The notes below the pieces were generated by a model, which had not been told where the DNA came from, did no database searches, and saw only the letters and a program-made list of their open reading frames with translations. Positions 41,415 through 51,654 of a stretch of 64,000 bases of DNA are shown piece after piece (positions within the stretch are counted from its first letter, which is position 1; every line of letters begins with the position of its first letter). The stretch is from Parcubacteria group bacterium. Lineage in GTDB: Bacteria > Patescibacteriota > Minisyncoccia > Phycocordibacterales > UBA2135. A program made the position numbers and the translations under genes. The stretch covers positions 12,558 through 76,557 of the forward strand of contig JACOWN010000004.1 of NCBI GenBank assembly GCA_016176785.1, given 5' to 3'.

Positions 41415-42512
41415 TTATCGGATGATGCCGCCGCCGAGGCATTCTTCGCCATTTTTATCATAAATGACGAGTGACTGGCCGGGCGCAACACCGCTTTGAG
41501 ACGCCTTGAAACACACGGAGATGCCAAGACCTTGTTTTTTAATTCCTGCCTCAACGAGCGGCTGTCGATACCGATACCTGACGCGATACGTCTTGTCCGC
41601 GCCGGGGATTGCACCGCTAATGAAGTGTTCATTTTCTAACGCGACTTCTGAAACGGAACCCGGCATCTCCGGTGTCCGTGCCGAAACCGTAACCGTATTT
41701 GCTTTCGCATCCTTGCCTACGACATAGTGCGGCTCATCATGCGGCGTTTTTTTGGTGAGAATAAATCCGTGCCTTTGGCCGATGGTGAGATAAAACGCCC
41801 CGTCGTGATGCCCGACAACCTCCCCCGCTTCGTTCAAGACGTCCCCTCGCCGAAGCGGGATAAAGTGCCGCAAAAATTCCCTCATGGGAAACTCGCCCAC
41901 GAAACAGAGCCCCTGGCTGTCTCTGCGTTCCGCATTGGGAAGACCGAACTTTTTTGCAAGCTTCCTTACCTCTGACTTTTCCATCCCGCCCACGGGAAAC
42001 AGTGTGCGGCGAAGTTGTTCTTGCCCAAGCGTCCATAAGAAATAGCTTTGGTCCTTATTCTTATCTTTTGCAGTATGCAACAGATAAGAAATTTTGGATT
42101 TCGGATTTCGGATTTCGGATTTGCGCGCATAATGTCCTGTCGCAATAAAATCCGCCCCCATTTCCCGCGCTTTCTGTAAAAATAATCCAAACTTTATGTG
42201 CTTGTTGCACATCACGTCGGGATTCGGCGTTCGTCCCGCCTTGTATTCGCGAACCATATAGTCCACGACCTCGCGTTTGTATTCTTCGGCGAAGTCAAAA
42301 ACAAGGAACGGGATGCCGAGATGCGCCGCCGTGCGGCGCGCCATACTTTCGTCGTCCGTTTTGGCGCACTCAATAAAGTCGGGCTTCCAGACACGGATAA
42401 AAACGCCCGTCACATCGTAACCGGCTTCTTTAAGAAGCGCCGCGGCAACGGAAGAATCAACTCCCCCGCTCATTCCAACGAATACTTTTTTATCCCCGCC
42501 CGTCACTTTCAT
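41415..42512 (-). CDS. mnmA: tRNA 2-thiouridine(34) synthase
   Basis: SGGVDS, TPNPDVMCN, ATGHYA, KDQSYFL, DSQGLCF, APGQS. Confidence 0.96.
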   Translation of the reverse strand: MKVTGGDKKVFVGMSGGVDSSVAAALLKEAGYDVTGVFIRVWKPDFIECAKTDDESMARRTAAHLGIPFLVFDFAEEYKREVVDYMVREYKAGRTPNPDVMCNKHIKFGLFLQKAREMGADFIATGHYARKSEIRNPKSKISYLLHTAKDKNKDQSYFLWTLGQEQLRRTLFPVGGMEKSEVRKLAKKFGLPNAERRDSQGLCFVGEFPMREFLRHFIPLRRGDVLNEAGEVVGHHDGAFYLTIGQRHGFILTKKTPHDEPHYVVGKDAKANTVTVSARTPEMPGSVSEVALENEHFISGAIPGADKTYRVRYRYRQPLVEAGIKKQGLGISVCFKASQSGVAPGQSLVIYDKNGEECLGGGIIR

Positions 42513-42600
42513 CAAAAAAAATCATAACACAGAATATGTGATATGTATAGAAATGAGGAGGCGGGTGCTCGCTAAATATATTCGCTGACGCTCAACTCTT

Positions 42601-43620
42601 TTACGGCACATACCGCGCTTTCTTTATTTTGTGTTCTTCAAACGTCTGGCTGAAGTGGAGATTGCCGGCGAGATCGGAAAGATAAAACAGATAGGGCGTC
42701 TCGCGCGGATTGAGCGCCGCTTTGATCGACGCGAGTCCGGGGTTCGCGATGGGACCGGGCGGCAGGCCGGTGTATTTGTACGTGTTGTACCGCGATTCGT
42801 TCGTCTGCAAATCGTCAAGAGTCAATTCAAACGTGTTTTTGCCGTTGATGTAAAGAAAGGTCGCGTCCACCTGAAGCGGCATGCCGATCTCAAGCCGCCG
42901 CCACAAGATGCCGGCGACGGTTTGTTTGTCGTCATAATGCCGAACTTCTTTCTCAAGGAGCGACGCCATGGTAATAATATCGCGCTCCTTCCTGCCGCTC
43001 GCGGCAAGCTCGCTTTCAATTTCCTTCGTGCGCAGATCAAAATTATTCCGCAGCGCCTGGTACACGTCCCGCGCTTTCACGTTCGGCAGGAAAAAATAAG
43101 TGTCGGGGAACAAGTATCCCTCATCCCGTTGCGCGATCCGAATGAACTCCTCCGGCTCAAACTCGGGAAAATTTTTCTGCATGATCGCGGCGATCTCCGC
43201 CGCCGACGCTCCTTCGGGAACCAGCACGCGGACCAAATCAAGCCCGTAAACGCCGCGCGCGAGACGCCACGCTACCGTTATGAGCGTCCCCGGTTGCGCA
43301 AAGAAATAATCGCCGGATTTCACGCCCGTCTCACCGGCAAAAAGACCGACGAACGCCTTAAAGAAAAAAGGTGAATTGATGATCGACTTTTCTTCCAGCA
43401 TGGCGGCTGCCGCCGATACGCTCGCCCCTTCACTGACGCGCACCATGACCCCCGCCGGAAATCCGAAAGGCGCGCTGAAAAAGAGAAGATACCCGAGAAG
43501 AAAAAGAACCGCGCTGCCGTACGCGGCGGACCGACGGCGTTCTCGGCGCGAACTGAAGCGGCGCGCGAACGCGTTCGGCACATTCAAAAGCGACGCCAAA
43601 AGGAATCTGATGAAAAACAT
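42601..43620 (-). CDS. mltG: endolytic transglycosylase
   Basis: EGYLFPDTY, MASLLEKE, LQVDAT, YNTYKYTGLPPGPIANPG. Confidence 0.93.
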   Translation of the reverse strand: MFFIRFLLASLLNVPNAFARRFSSRRERRRSAAYGSAVLFLLGYLLFFSAPFGFPAGVMVRVSEGASVSAAAAMLEEKSIINSPFFFKAFVGLFAGETGVKSGDYFFAQPGTLITVAWRLARGVYGLDLVRVLVPEGASAAEIAAIMQKNFPEFEPEEFIRIAQRDEGYLFPDTYFFLPNVKARDVYQALRNNFDLRTKEIESELAASGRKERDIITMASLLEKEVRHYDDKQTVAGILWRRLEIGMPLQVDATFLYINGKNTFELTLDDLQTNESRYNTYKYTGLPPGPIANPGLASIKAALNPRETPYLFYLSDLAGNLHFSQTFEEHKIKKARYVP

Positions 43621-43624
43621 GAAG

Positions 43625-44947
43625 TTATACCGGCAAATTGGTGGGCGGTTCGCCGCGCCGCGATTCAATGCGTTCAAAGGTCGGCGTCTCCGCAACGCGG
43701 CCGGGGAAGTGGTACAGCGTCGCGAGTTCCTCGGTGTTCAAGACATACGCCTTGCGCTCATACGGCGGGAAAAACCACGACCGCTTGCGGTATCCGTCAA
43801 ACAAAATCCATTTTTTGTACGCAACGCGGGCGCCGGAGGGAGAAAAAAACGGCGCGCCGATCCCGGGCCCTTGCGGGGGAATGTTAATGTAGTGCTGCCA
43901 CGGGAAATCAATATCGGTGTAGTCGCGCGGCCGAAATCCGTTCAGATCGTTGGTTGAATACGCCTTCATGACGCCGAACATGCCGGCGATGTTCGCCCCG
44001 TTAAAGGCGTCTTTTTTGGCGAGATAGATGGCACGGATGCCGCAGTCATATCCAAGCTTTCCGATCTTTCGCTCGATCGCTTTTATCGTGTTGCGTTCGC
44101 CTTCGGTCATCATGGCAAAGCGGAAATCCGACCCCTCCATCCCGGGCGCGGCGCCCGAGCGTTCTTTTGATTTCTCAAAAATCTCATTGATGATCTCCTT
44201 GCCTTGGTCTTGCCAGTCCTCATTCACGCCGAAAATGGGGGTCGGGTCTTTTTTGCCCTTATTCGCCCGCACGATAATTTGAAACCATACCTGCTCGCCG
44301 CGGCCGACACCCCCCATGAACTCAAGCATGGGTGTCAGGGGGTCAACCTTGAGTTCTTCTTTGGGGTCACGGTCAAGGTTGTAGTCAACATACGTTTTGA
44401 GCGGAAAGGGGCTTTGTTTTGTAAGGGTAAACTCTGCTGCATACAAATTCCAATCGGAACCCTTGCGCGCGTAGGGAACTAGGGCGGTATAATCGGACAC
44501 TTCGTGGACTTCGGCGTCCGGATATTGCGAATACACCTGCGTTTCTATGAATTTTGCGACGGCTGCGCGCGTCCAAACAAAAAAGTGTATCGCTCCCTCA
44601 AGGGAAACGAGCTCAAGCGAGAAATAAGCGCGGGTTTTCCCGAGAACATAGCGGTCATACCAATTTGATTCGCCGACCGTCTGGTGAAGCGCGTTCAAAA
44701 CGACCTCCATCGCGAGCGGCGATTTCATCTGTTCGCGCGGCACTTTTATTTCAAGGAGGGTGATTTTTTGCCCAGCAAGAAATCGCGCGCGTTTATACGG
44801 CACCCACAACGTCCAAAAGATGAGGAGCAAAACGGGCGGCAGCCAGAACGGCGTATAGGCAAACGTGTCGGCAAAAAGCCGCGCGAGTGTTTCCGAGGAA
44901 AACGCAACGCTCTGCCAGAAAAAAACCAGCGGATCGGGTACGTTCAT
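43625..44947 (-). CDS. conserved hypothetical membrane-anchored protein
   Basis: 440-aa ORF, N-terminal TM, LLEIKVP, FSLELVS, YSQYP, LNTEELATLYHFP, PPTNLP. Confidence 0.75.
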   Translation of the reverse strand: MNVPDPLVFFWQSVAFSSETLARLFADTFAYTPFWLPPVLLLIFWTLWVPYKRARFLAGQKITLLEIKVPREQMKSPLAMEVVLNALHQTVGESNWYDRYVLGKTRAYFSLELVSLEGAIHFFVWTRAAVAKFIETQVYSQYPDAEVHEVSDYTALVPYARKGSDWNLYAAEFTLTKQSPFPLKTYVDYNLDRDPKEELKVDPLTPMLEFMGGVGRGEQVWFQIIVRANKGKKDPTPIFGVNEDWQDQGKEIINEIFEKSKERSGAAPGMEGSDFRFAMMTEGERNTIKAIERKIGKLGYDCGIRAIYLAKKDAFNGANIAGMFGVMKAYSTNDLNGFRPRDYTDIDFPWQHYINIPPQGPGIGAPFFSPSGARVAYKKWILFDGYRKRSWFFPPYERKAYVLNTEELATLYHFPGRVAETPTFERIESRRGEPPTNLPV

Positions 44948-45080
44948 TGCGTATATCATACCGCAGATGTGCCGTTTTTCGCAAACACGACCTCCCAGCG
45001 GTACGAAAACCGCGCCCCGCTTCAAGCGGGGCGCGGAATGCATATTCGCCGGGGGACGCGTGGACGCTCTCGCAATCGGC

Positions 45081-46118
45081 CTAACCGACAAGCGTATATC
45101 TGCCGTCGGCGTCGCGTTTGAAATATCTTTTGTTTTGGAGATTAACCACCACGGTATTTTCCTTCACATACCGCTCTTTGAGCACGCGCTCAACCAAATC
45201 CTCGCGCGACAACTTTCCTTGTTCTTTGAGTATCCGCATGATGATCTCGCGCACCACGCCGTTTGAATACCCCCATTCGGCGAGACCGTATAAACCGCGG
45301 CCAACCAGCACAAAGCGTTCCTTATCCTTGATAAGTTCGTTGTGACAGGTCGCCACATGCGCCGGACGGTTGAAAAGAGCATGGATCTCTTGCGCAACTT
45401 CGCTAAAATGCAGCGGGGACCCGTGTCGGCGAATAACGAGATATGCGTAGTCGCGGACGCCGCGCGCGCGGATGTTGGGCGATGCGGCAAGCCCCCACTC
45501 GCCCAATGAGTTTACGCCGACCATTTTTGAAATGTTGAGCCAGCGGCGCATCGTTTCTTGATTTCGAAAGTTGTCTGGCGCTCCCGCAAGCCGTTCACCG
45601 AAAGAATTGAGAATGTCGTCTTCGGCGACGAGGTCATCCGTTGACAGCGACTGATATAAACTGTGAAGCGCCTGGTGGACGATCGAGCTCACGCGCTCGT
45701 CAACGCTCCAGCGGTGTTTGAAATGTTGGTCTTCGCGCTTGCGCTCAAATCCGTCGCTCAAGACAAGGAGGAAGTGGGCGTGGTTCTGCGCGCTTCTGTC
45801 CTTCGCCACATGGAGAAGCACGTCCTCTTCGGCGACCAAAGCGCCGAGGGCGTGGACAAAGTCCCGCAGCTCTTCGCGCGCCGCGCTCTCCGCTTCGTAT
45901 GCATCTGATTTTTTGATCGCATTCAGAGCAAAGTTTTCTATCTGACGCACGCGCTCTCGCGTGATGCCGTATTGTTCGCCGATTGACTCAAGCGTTCGCC
46001 GTTTGGCGTCAACGCCGAGGCCGAAGCGGCTCGTAAGGACATCGCGGGCCCGGTCTGGAAGCACCGCAAGTAGATTTTTATTGACCTGTTTTGGCTTGAA
46101 GGTGAGAACCGCTTTCAT
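45081..46118 (-). CDS. sigma-70 region 4 + C-terminal winged-helix (HARE-HTH-like) protein
   Basis: N-terminal TLESIGEQYGITRERVRQIE; C-terminal PLHFSEVA..CHNELIKD..FVLVGRGLYGLAEWG. Confidence 0.8.
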   Translation of the reverse strand: MKAVLTFKPKQVNKNLLAVLPDRARDVLTSRFGLGVDAKRRTLESIGEQYGITRERVRQIENFALNAIKKSDAYEAESAAREELRDFVHALGALVAEEDVLLHVAKDRSAQNHAHFLLVLSDGFERKREDQHFKHRWSVDERVSSIVHQALHSLYQSLSTDDLVAEDDILNSFGERLAGAPDNFRNQETMRRWLNISKMVGVNSLGEWGLAASPNIRARGVRDYAYLVIRRHGSPLHFSEVAQEIHALFNRPAHVATCHNELIKDKERFVLVGRGLYGLAEWGYSNGVVREIIMRILKEQGKLSREDLVERVLKERYVKENTVVVNLQNKRYFKRDADGRYTLVG

Positions 46119-46186
46119 ATGGCGCAATTATTTGATAAATGAGAAGATAGCCTATTCCTAGCACCCCTGTCAAGCCGCGTCAAGGG

Positions 46187-48628
46187 TCACCCGCGAAGAA
46201 CGATGTTGACGAGCGCGTGGGGAACGACGACCACCCGCACGATATCCTTTCCGTGCACCCATTTTTGTATCGCAGGCCGTTCAAGCGCCGCGTTTTCAAG
46301 GTCGGTATCAGAGGCCGACGCGGCCGCTTCAAATTGGTCGCGTACGCGGCCGTTCACCTGTATGACGACGGTCACGACTCCCTCATGGAGTAGCGCCTCG
46401 TCATACCGCGGCCACGGCGCCTCATGGATGGAGTGCTCATACCCAAGCGAACGCCACAATTCCTCCGCGATGTGCGGGGCGAACGGCGCGAGCAGCAAAA
46501 GAAGCGTTTCAAAATCGCGGCGAGAAACGTCTGGCGCGCTTTCAAGGCCATTCGCGAAAATCATGAGTGCGGAAACCGCCGTATTGAAATGAAAGTGCTC
46601 AATGTCTTCCGTCACTTTTTTGACGGTTCGATTGAGCGCCATTGTGTGCTTTTGGTCACTGGCGGCGCGCGGCGCATCATTGACTTTTTTCCGCAGCCGC
46701 CATACTTTTTCCAAAAAACGCCGGGAACCGATAATGCTTTCGGTGCTCCATGTTCCGCTTTCTTCAAAGGGGCCCATAAACATCTCGTAAACGCGCAAAG
46801 TATCCGCGCCGTATGTTGCAACCACGTCATCGGGGTTGACCACATTTCCCCACCGTTTGCTCATTTTGCGGCCGTCTTCGCCGTAGATAAGCCCGACGCC
46901 TTTCAAGCGCATGAACGGCTCTTTATAATTCACCGCCCCAATGTCGTAGAGGAACTTATGCCAGAAGCGCGCGTAGATCAAATGCCGGGTAGCGTGTTCA
47001 ACACCCCCCTCATAGAGGTCTACCGGCGACCAGTATTTTTCCTTTTTTTTGTCAACGAGCGCCTCGTCGTTCGCGGGATCAATGTAGCGGAGGTAATACC
47101 ACGATGAACCCGCCCACTGCGGCATGGTGTTCGTCTCGCGCTTCCCTTCGCCGCCGCACTTCGGGCATTTCACGTTCACCCACTCGGAGATATTCGCAAG
47201 CGGCGACTCGCCCGTGCCCGTCGGCTCATAGCGCTTTACGTCGGGCAGAAGGACGGGTAGATCCTCTTCCGGCACCGGAACCGCTCCGCATTTTTTACAA
47301 TGAATGACGGGGATCGGTTCTCCCCAATACCGCTGGCGGGAAAAGACCCAATCGCGGAGTTTGTAGTCCACCCGTTTTTCGCCGCCGACAAAGTCGGTGA
47401 TTTTGTCCTTCGCCTCTTCGCTTGAGAGGCCGTCAAATCGGCCGGAGTTAACCAGAATGCCATCCCCCTCATACGCGCCCGGTTGGGGTTTTTTGATTGA
47501 GGGTTTTTCAGATGCCGGTCGTATAACGTGTCGTTTTTCCATGCCATACTTTTCGGCAAATTCCCAATCACGCTCGTCATGCGCGGGCACCGCCATAATG
47601 GCACCCGTGCCGTAGCGCGCGAGCACATAATCGGCGACCCAAATCTGGATTTCTTCTCCGGTCGCCGGATTGATCGCCGTAAGGCCTTTCAGCTCAACGC
47701 CGGTCTTTTCCTTCCCTTCCGCCATCCGCTCAATTTCTGTTTTGTGCGCCGTGCCGTGAATATATTTTTTCACTTCTTCCTGATTCTTGACTCCCGATTC
47801 TTGACCCTTTTCGTTGAGCAATTTCGTAACGAGCTTGTGTTCCGGCGCAAGCACCATGTACGTTGCTCCAAAGAGCGTATCGGGGCGCGTGGTAAATACT
47901 TTGATTTTTTCATCACGCCCCGCGATGCCAAATTCTATTTCCGCCCCTTCGCTCTTTCCAATCCAGTTTCTCTGCAATTCTTTGATGTGCTCCGGCCACT
48001 CAAGGCCTTCCAAATCCTCCAGAAGCCGGTCTGCATATTCGCGAATTTTCAAAACCCATTGCCGGATCGGCTTCTGTTCCACCTCGCTTCCGCACCGCTC
48101 GCATCTGCCGCCCTCCAGGTCCTCAAGCGCGAGACCGGTTTTGCACGAAGGGCACCAGTTAATGGGCTCGTCTGATTCATACGCAAGCCCTTTTTTGAAT
48201 AATTGAAGAAAAATCCACTGTGTCCATTTGTAGTACGCGGGGTCTGTCGTATTTATCTCCCGCTCCCAATCGTAGTTAAATCCGAGCTTCAAGAGCTGTT
48301 CTTTGAACCGCGCAATATTTTTCTCAACTGCAATGCGCGGATGCACTTTGTTCTTAAGCGCGTAATTTTCCGCAGGCAAACCGAATGCGTCCCAGCCCAT
48401 GGGATGAAGGACGTTATGCCCCGTCATTTTCTTAAAACGGGAATAGATGTCGGTCGCGATATATCCTTTGGGATGCCCTACGTGAAGCCCCTCTCCCGAG
48501 GGATACGGGAACATATCAAGCACGTATGCCTTCGGCTTGGACGGGTCCTCCGTGGTGCGATAGAGGTTGTTTTTTTTCCATTTCTCCTGCCACGCCCGTT
48601 CTATTTTCTTATGGTCGTATTCTTGCAT
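46187..48628 (-). CDS. leuS: leucine--tRNA ligase
   Basis: MFPYPSGEGLHVGH, editing FTTRPDT / YGTGAIMAVPAHD, KMSKR. Confidence 0.97.
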   Translation of the reverse strand: MQEYDHKKIERAWQEKWKKNNLYRTTEDPSKPKAYVLDMFPYPSGEGLHVGHPKGYIATDIYSRFKKMTGHNVLHPMGWDAFGLPAENYALKNKVHPRIAVEKNIARFKEQLLKLGFNYDWEREINTTDPAYYKWTQWIFLQLFKKGLAYESDEPINWCPSCKTGLALEDLEGGRCERCGSEVEQKPIRQWVLKIREYADRLLEDLEGLEWPEHIKELQRNWIGKSEGAEIEFGIAGRDEKIKVFTTRPDTLFGATYMVLAPEHKLVTKLLNEKGQESGVKNQEEVKKYIHGTAHKTEIERMAEGKEKTGVELKGLTAINPATGEEIQIWVADYVLARYGTGAIMAVPAHDERDWEFAEKYGMEKRHVIRPASEKPSIKKPQPGAYEGDGILVNSGRFDGLSSEEAKDKITDFVGGEKRVDYKLRDWVFSRQRYWGEPIPVIHCKKCGAVPVPEEDLPVLLPDVKRYEPTGTGESPLANISEWVNVKCPKCGGEGKRETNTMPQWAGSSWYYLRYIDPANDEALVDKKKEKYWSPVDLYEGGVEHATRHLIYARFWHKFLYDIGAVNYKEPFMRLKGVGLIYGEDGRKMSKRWGNVVNPDDVVATYGADTLRVYEMFMGPFEESGTWSTESIIGSRRFLEKVWRLRKKVNDAPRAASDQKHTMALNRTVKKVTEDIEHFHFNTAVSALMIFANGLESAPDVSRRDFETLLLLLAPFAPHIAEELWRSLGYEHSIHEAPWPRYDEALLHEGVVTVVIQVNGRVRDQFEAAASASDTDLENAALERPAIQKWVHGKDIVRVVVVPHALVNIVLRG

Positions 48629-48682
48629 AGCGTTGCTTTGAACGAGTCGCGGCGCGCAAAATGCGCGCCGCGGTTGGCGGGA

Positions 48683-49258
48683 TTACTCCTCTCGCTTTTG
48701 GAACCACTTGATACCGACGAATACGAGCGCCGCAAGCGCAATGCCGAGAACGGCAACCTTCAGATAATCGGACATGTGCGACCAATATCGCGTTGAAGCG
48801 ATAATGAGCGTAATGATGCCGCCGGAGGCGAACCCGAACATGACCGCCTCATACGCGCGGACAAAGTAACTGCCGATAAGGGTCGCGGTGCCCAGGATGA
48901 CGAGCACGATGAAGAAATTGCGTTCGTACATTGCGCGCGCGTCCTCATACTCCTGCCGACAGGTAAAATCCTGGTCGCAATACCCCTGGCGCACCATCTC
49001 CAGCGGGACGGGCTCTATTGTTCCCGCGCGCGGGATGCCTTTTTGGATGAAAGAATCCTCATTCCATTGGCCACCGATGGCAAGACACTCGTCTTTTGCT
49101 TCCGGCACGACGCGCACCGGTTCCGCTTTGCAGAAATCGTTATATTGCGGTTCTTCAAATACCAACTGGGTGCTGACGATGAAAAAGAGATTGAGGACAA
49201 TGATGATGGCGAGCACGAGCCCCCATTTAAGAAAACTTCTGGGATTAATGTTGAACAT
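48683..49258 (-). CDS. hypothetical membrane protein
   Basis: One TM, an extracellular loop with 4 Cys, then three TM segments. Confidence 0.7.
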   Translation of the reverse strand: MFNINPRSFLKWGLVLAIIIVLNLFFIVSTQLVFEEPQYNDFCKAEPVRVVPEAKDECLAIGGQWNEDSFIQKGIPRAGTIEPVPLEMVRQGYCDQDFTCRQEYEDARAMYERNFFIVLVILGTATLIGSYFVRAYEAVMFGFASGGIITLIIASTRYWSHMSDYLKVAVLGIALAALVFVGIKWFQKREE

Positions 49259-49423
49259 GACGAGTGGCGTGCGGTTATGCGCCGCCGGCAAATAAGACGC
49301 TGGTAATCATGGAGCATACTATACCACAAAAACAGGGAAAGAAAAACTCTGCGCCGGCGGCGCTTGACGCCGCTCCCGCCGGGGGTACAGTTCAGAAAGA
49401 AGTGCCGAGAGAATGGTGTGTTC

Positions 49424-50302
49424 ATGGCGAGCCGTTCCCGACACCGGAGGCTTGTGCCTCTTACCGGTGATGAAGAATGCGGACTTATTCGGCGTTTTCA
49501 AGAAACCGGCGACAGAGCGGCCCGCGATGCGGTCGTTGCGGCGCATGGACGCCGTATCCGGTGGATTGCGGTGCGCATGGCGAACTACTACCGCGTTGAG
49601 GTCGATGACCTTGCGCAGGAAGCTTTCTGCGGCTTGTGCCGCGCGATAGAGAAATTTGACTGTGCGCGCGGCGTTTCGTTCACAACGTACTCCGAATGGT
49701 GGATCCAAACATTCATGCAGGTGTGGATTTTCCATAACGCGTTCGTCGCTAAAATTGATAAATGCCGCGAAACGGAGCGTCTTTTTTCAAATCTCACGAG
49801 AGAAAAAATACGCCGCGGCATTTACGGGCGGCTGTGCAGCGACGCGGAGGCGGAAGATATCGGCGCCACGCTCAAATGTCCGCCGGAACGCGTTCGCGCG
49901 TTTGACGCTATTTTCAGCAGCGGCGCATTGCCGATAGACGAGGTGCGCGCGTTCATCGCGGATAAGGCGCCGTCACCGGAAGAGCAATGCATCACTCGTG
50001 ACGAGCGCGCGCAAAGACGAAACGTTCTCCGCACGGCTCTCCTGGCGATTTCCCCGCGCAACCGGCGCATCTTTGCGCGCTATTACGCGGAAAAGAGGGG
50101 CGATACGACGCACGCCATGGCGCGCGAATACGGTGTCTCTCACCAGAGGGTGGAACAGATCGCGCGGGAAACATTCATAAAAGTGATGCGGCGCGCGCGG
50201 GCTCTTGCGTCCGAACAAGGGATGCCGCCGCCTCATCCGGAATACCGAGCGATCGCGCCGCCGACTCGTCGCCCGCAAAAATCTAAGACCAAAGCCGACT
50301 AA
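49424..50302 (+). CDS. sigma-70 family factor, divergent RpoH-like (second copy)
   Basis: DDLAQEAFCGLCRAIEKFDCARGVSFTTYSEWWI; RLFSNL; MAREYGVSHQRVEQI. Confidence 0.78.
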   Translation: MASRSRHRRLVPLTGDEECGLIRRFQETGDRAARDAVVAAHGRRIRWIAVRMANYYRVEVDDLAQEAFCGLCRAIEKFDCARGVSFTTYSEWWIQTFMQVWIFHNAFVAKIDKCRETERLFSNLTREKIRRGIYGRLCSDAEAEDIGATLKCPPERVRAFDAIFSSGALPIDEVRAFIADKAPSPEEQCITRDERAQRRNVLRTALLAISPRNRRIFARYYAEKRGDTTHAMAREYGVSHQRVEQIARETFIKVMRRARALASEQGMPPPHPEYRAIAPPTRRPQKSKTKAD

Positions 50303-50343
50303 GCCGAGCGAACGAAAATCGCCTCGGCTTTTTCAATCTTAAA

Positions 50344-50385
50344 AAAAGGACGGTCCTTTTCGGAGTTTTCCACAGGTTTTCCACA
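50344..50385 (-). repeat. DnaA-box-like + palindrome composite downstream of ychF
   Basis: AAAAGGACGGTCCTTTT 50344-60; TTTTCCACA 50366-74 and 50377-85. Confidence 0.85.
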
Positions 50386-50401
50386 GTTATTGGCCCGCTG
50401 T

Positions 50402-51478
50402 CTATATTTTGAACTCAATAACATCGCCGTCTTTGACGATGTAGTCACGCCCCTCGGTTCTGACGAGCCCTTGTTCGCGCGCTACGGCGTATGACCCCGC
50501 GGCAAGCAGGTCCGCGGCGGCAATCACCTCCGCGCGAATAAACTTGTCCCTGAAATCGGTATGGATCGCGGCGCCCGCCTCCGGGGCCGTTCCACCGCGC
50601 GGAATCGTCCACCCCCTCGTTTCATCGGGGCCGGTCGTAAAGAAGGTAATGAGACCGAGAATCTCGTACCCTTTCTGAATAAGCGCGTCGAGCCCCGCCG
50701 AAGAAACGCCGAACTCTTGCCGCGCGAGCGCGCGGTCGTCGGGGGTGAAGTTCGCAACATCCTTTTCAAACGCGCTGTCAAGCGAAACCCACGCCGCGCC
50801 CGACGCTTCAAAAAAATCACGGAGCGCATCCGGCAATTCCTCTTTCTCAACCGACCGGTTCACGACATACAAAATCGGCTTGAGGGTCAGGAGGTTCAAG
50901 TGCTTTACCGCCGCGCGCTCTTCGTCGGAAAGAGGAAACGCCCGGGCAAGTTTCCCGCCGTCAAAATGGCGCTCAAGTTTTTCGAGAACCGCCTGTTCGG
51001 TTCGTGCACCCTTGTCGCCGCTCCGCACTTCCCTCTCAATGCTGGTGCGCCGCTTCGCCACAACTTGATGGTCGGCAAGCACGAGCTCAAGATTGACGAC
51101 TTCAATATCGCGAAACGGGTTTATCGTGCCGTGGACGTGCGTAACGTCGCCGTTCTCAAAGACGCGCACGACTTCCGCTATCGCGTCAACCTCTCTGATG
51201 TGGGAAAGGAACTGATTGCCGAGTCCCTCGCCCTCCGATGCTCCCGCCACCAAACCGGCTATATCAGTGAACTCCACGACGGCCGGAATCACTTTTGCCG
51301 ACTGCGAGAGCCCGGCGAGTTGCGTGAGCCGTTCATCCGGCACCGGCACGATGCCGACCGACGGGTCAATCGTGCAAAAAGGATAATTTTCCGCCGGCAC
51401 GCTTCTGCCCGTCAGCGCGTTAAAAAGCGTGGACTTTCCCACGTTCGGAAGACCGACGATGCCGATGGAGAGTGACAT
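50402..51478 (-). CDS. ychF: redox-regulated ATPase YchF
   Basis: GIVGLPNVGKSTLFN, NYPFCTI, DIAGLV..GEGLGNQFL, IHTDF, YIVKDGD. Confidence 0.96.
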   Translation of the reverse strand: MSLSIGIVGLPNVGKSTLFNALTGRSVPAENYPFCTIDPSVGIVPVPDERLTQLAGLSQSAKVIPAVVEFTDIAGLVAGASEGEGLGNQFLSHIREVDAIAEVVRVFENGDVTHVHGTINPFRDIEVVNLELVLADHQVVAKRRTSIEREVRSGDKGARTEQAVLEKLERHFDGGKLARAFPLSDEERAAVKHLNLLTLKPILYVVNRSVEKEELPDALRDFFEASGAAWVSLDSAFEKDVANFTPDDRALARQEFGVSSAGLDALIQKGYEILGLITFFTTGPDETRGWTIPRGGTAPEAGAAIHTDFRDKFIRAEVIAAADLLAAGSYAVAREQGLVRTEGRDYIVKDGDVIEFKI

Positions 51479-51514
51479 ATGAATGAGAGTGTATAGAAAA
51501 GCCGCCCGTTTTAC

Positions 51515-51585
51515 AAACGAAAAGCCCCGCCTTTCGGCTGGGCTTTTCGCAGACATTCGGATGCTCGGAACTCCAAGCACTCACC
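51515..51585 (-). ncRNA. candidate ~70-nt small RNA upstream of ychF
   Basis: TTGACT(51619-14)-17-TAAACT(51596-91) promoter, one hairpin, then terminator 51519-51549. Confidence 0.35.
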
Positions 51586-51654
51586 AAAACAGTTTAGCAA
51601 ATATGAGCCGCGAAGTCAATAACGGGGTGTGGATAGCGTCCGCCGCGTTGCGTC

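Noticed and set aside
42530-42590. AATATGTG/ATGTATAG/ATATTCGCT words resembling 56541-56560
   Set aside because: Too short and scrambled to define a repeat family from two sites.
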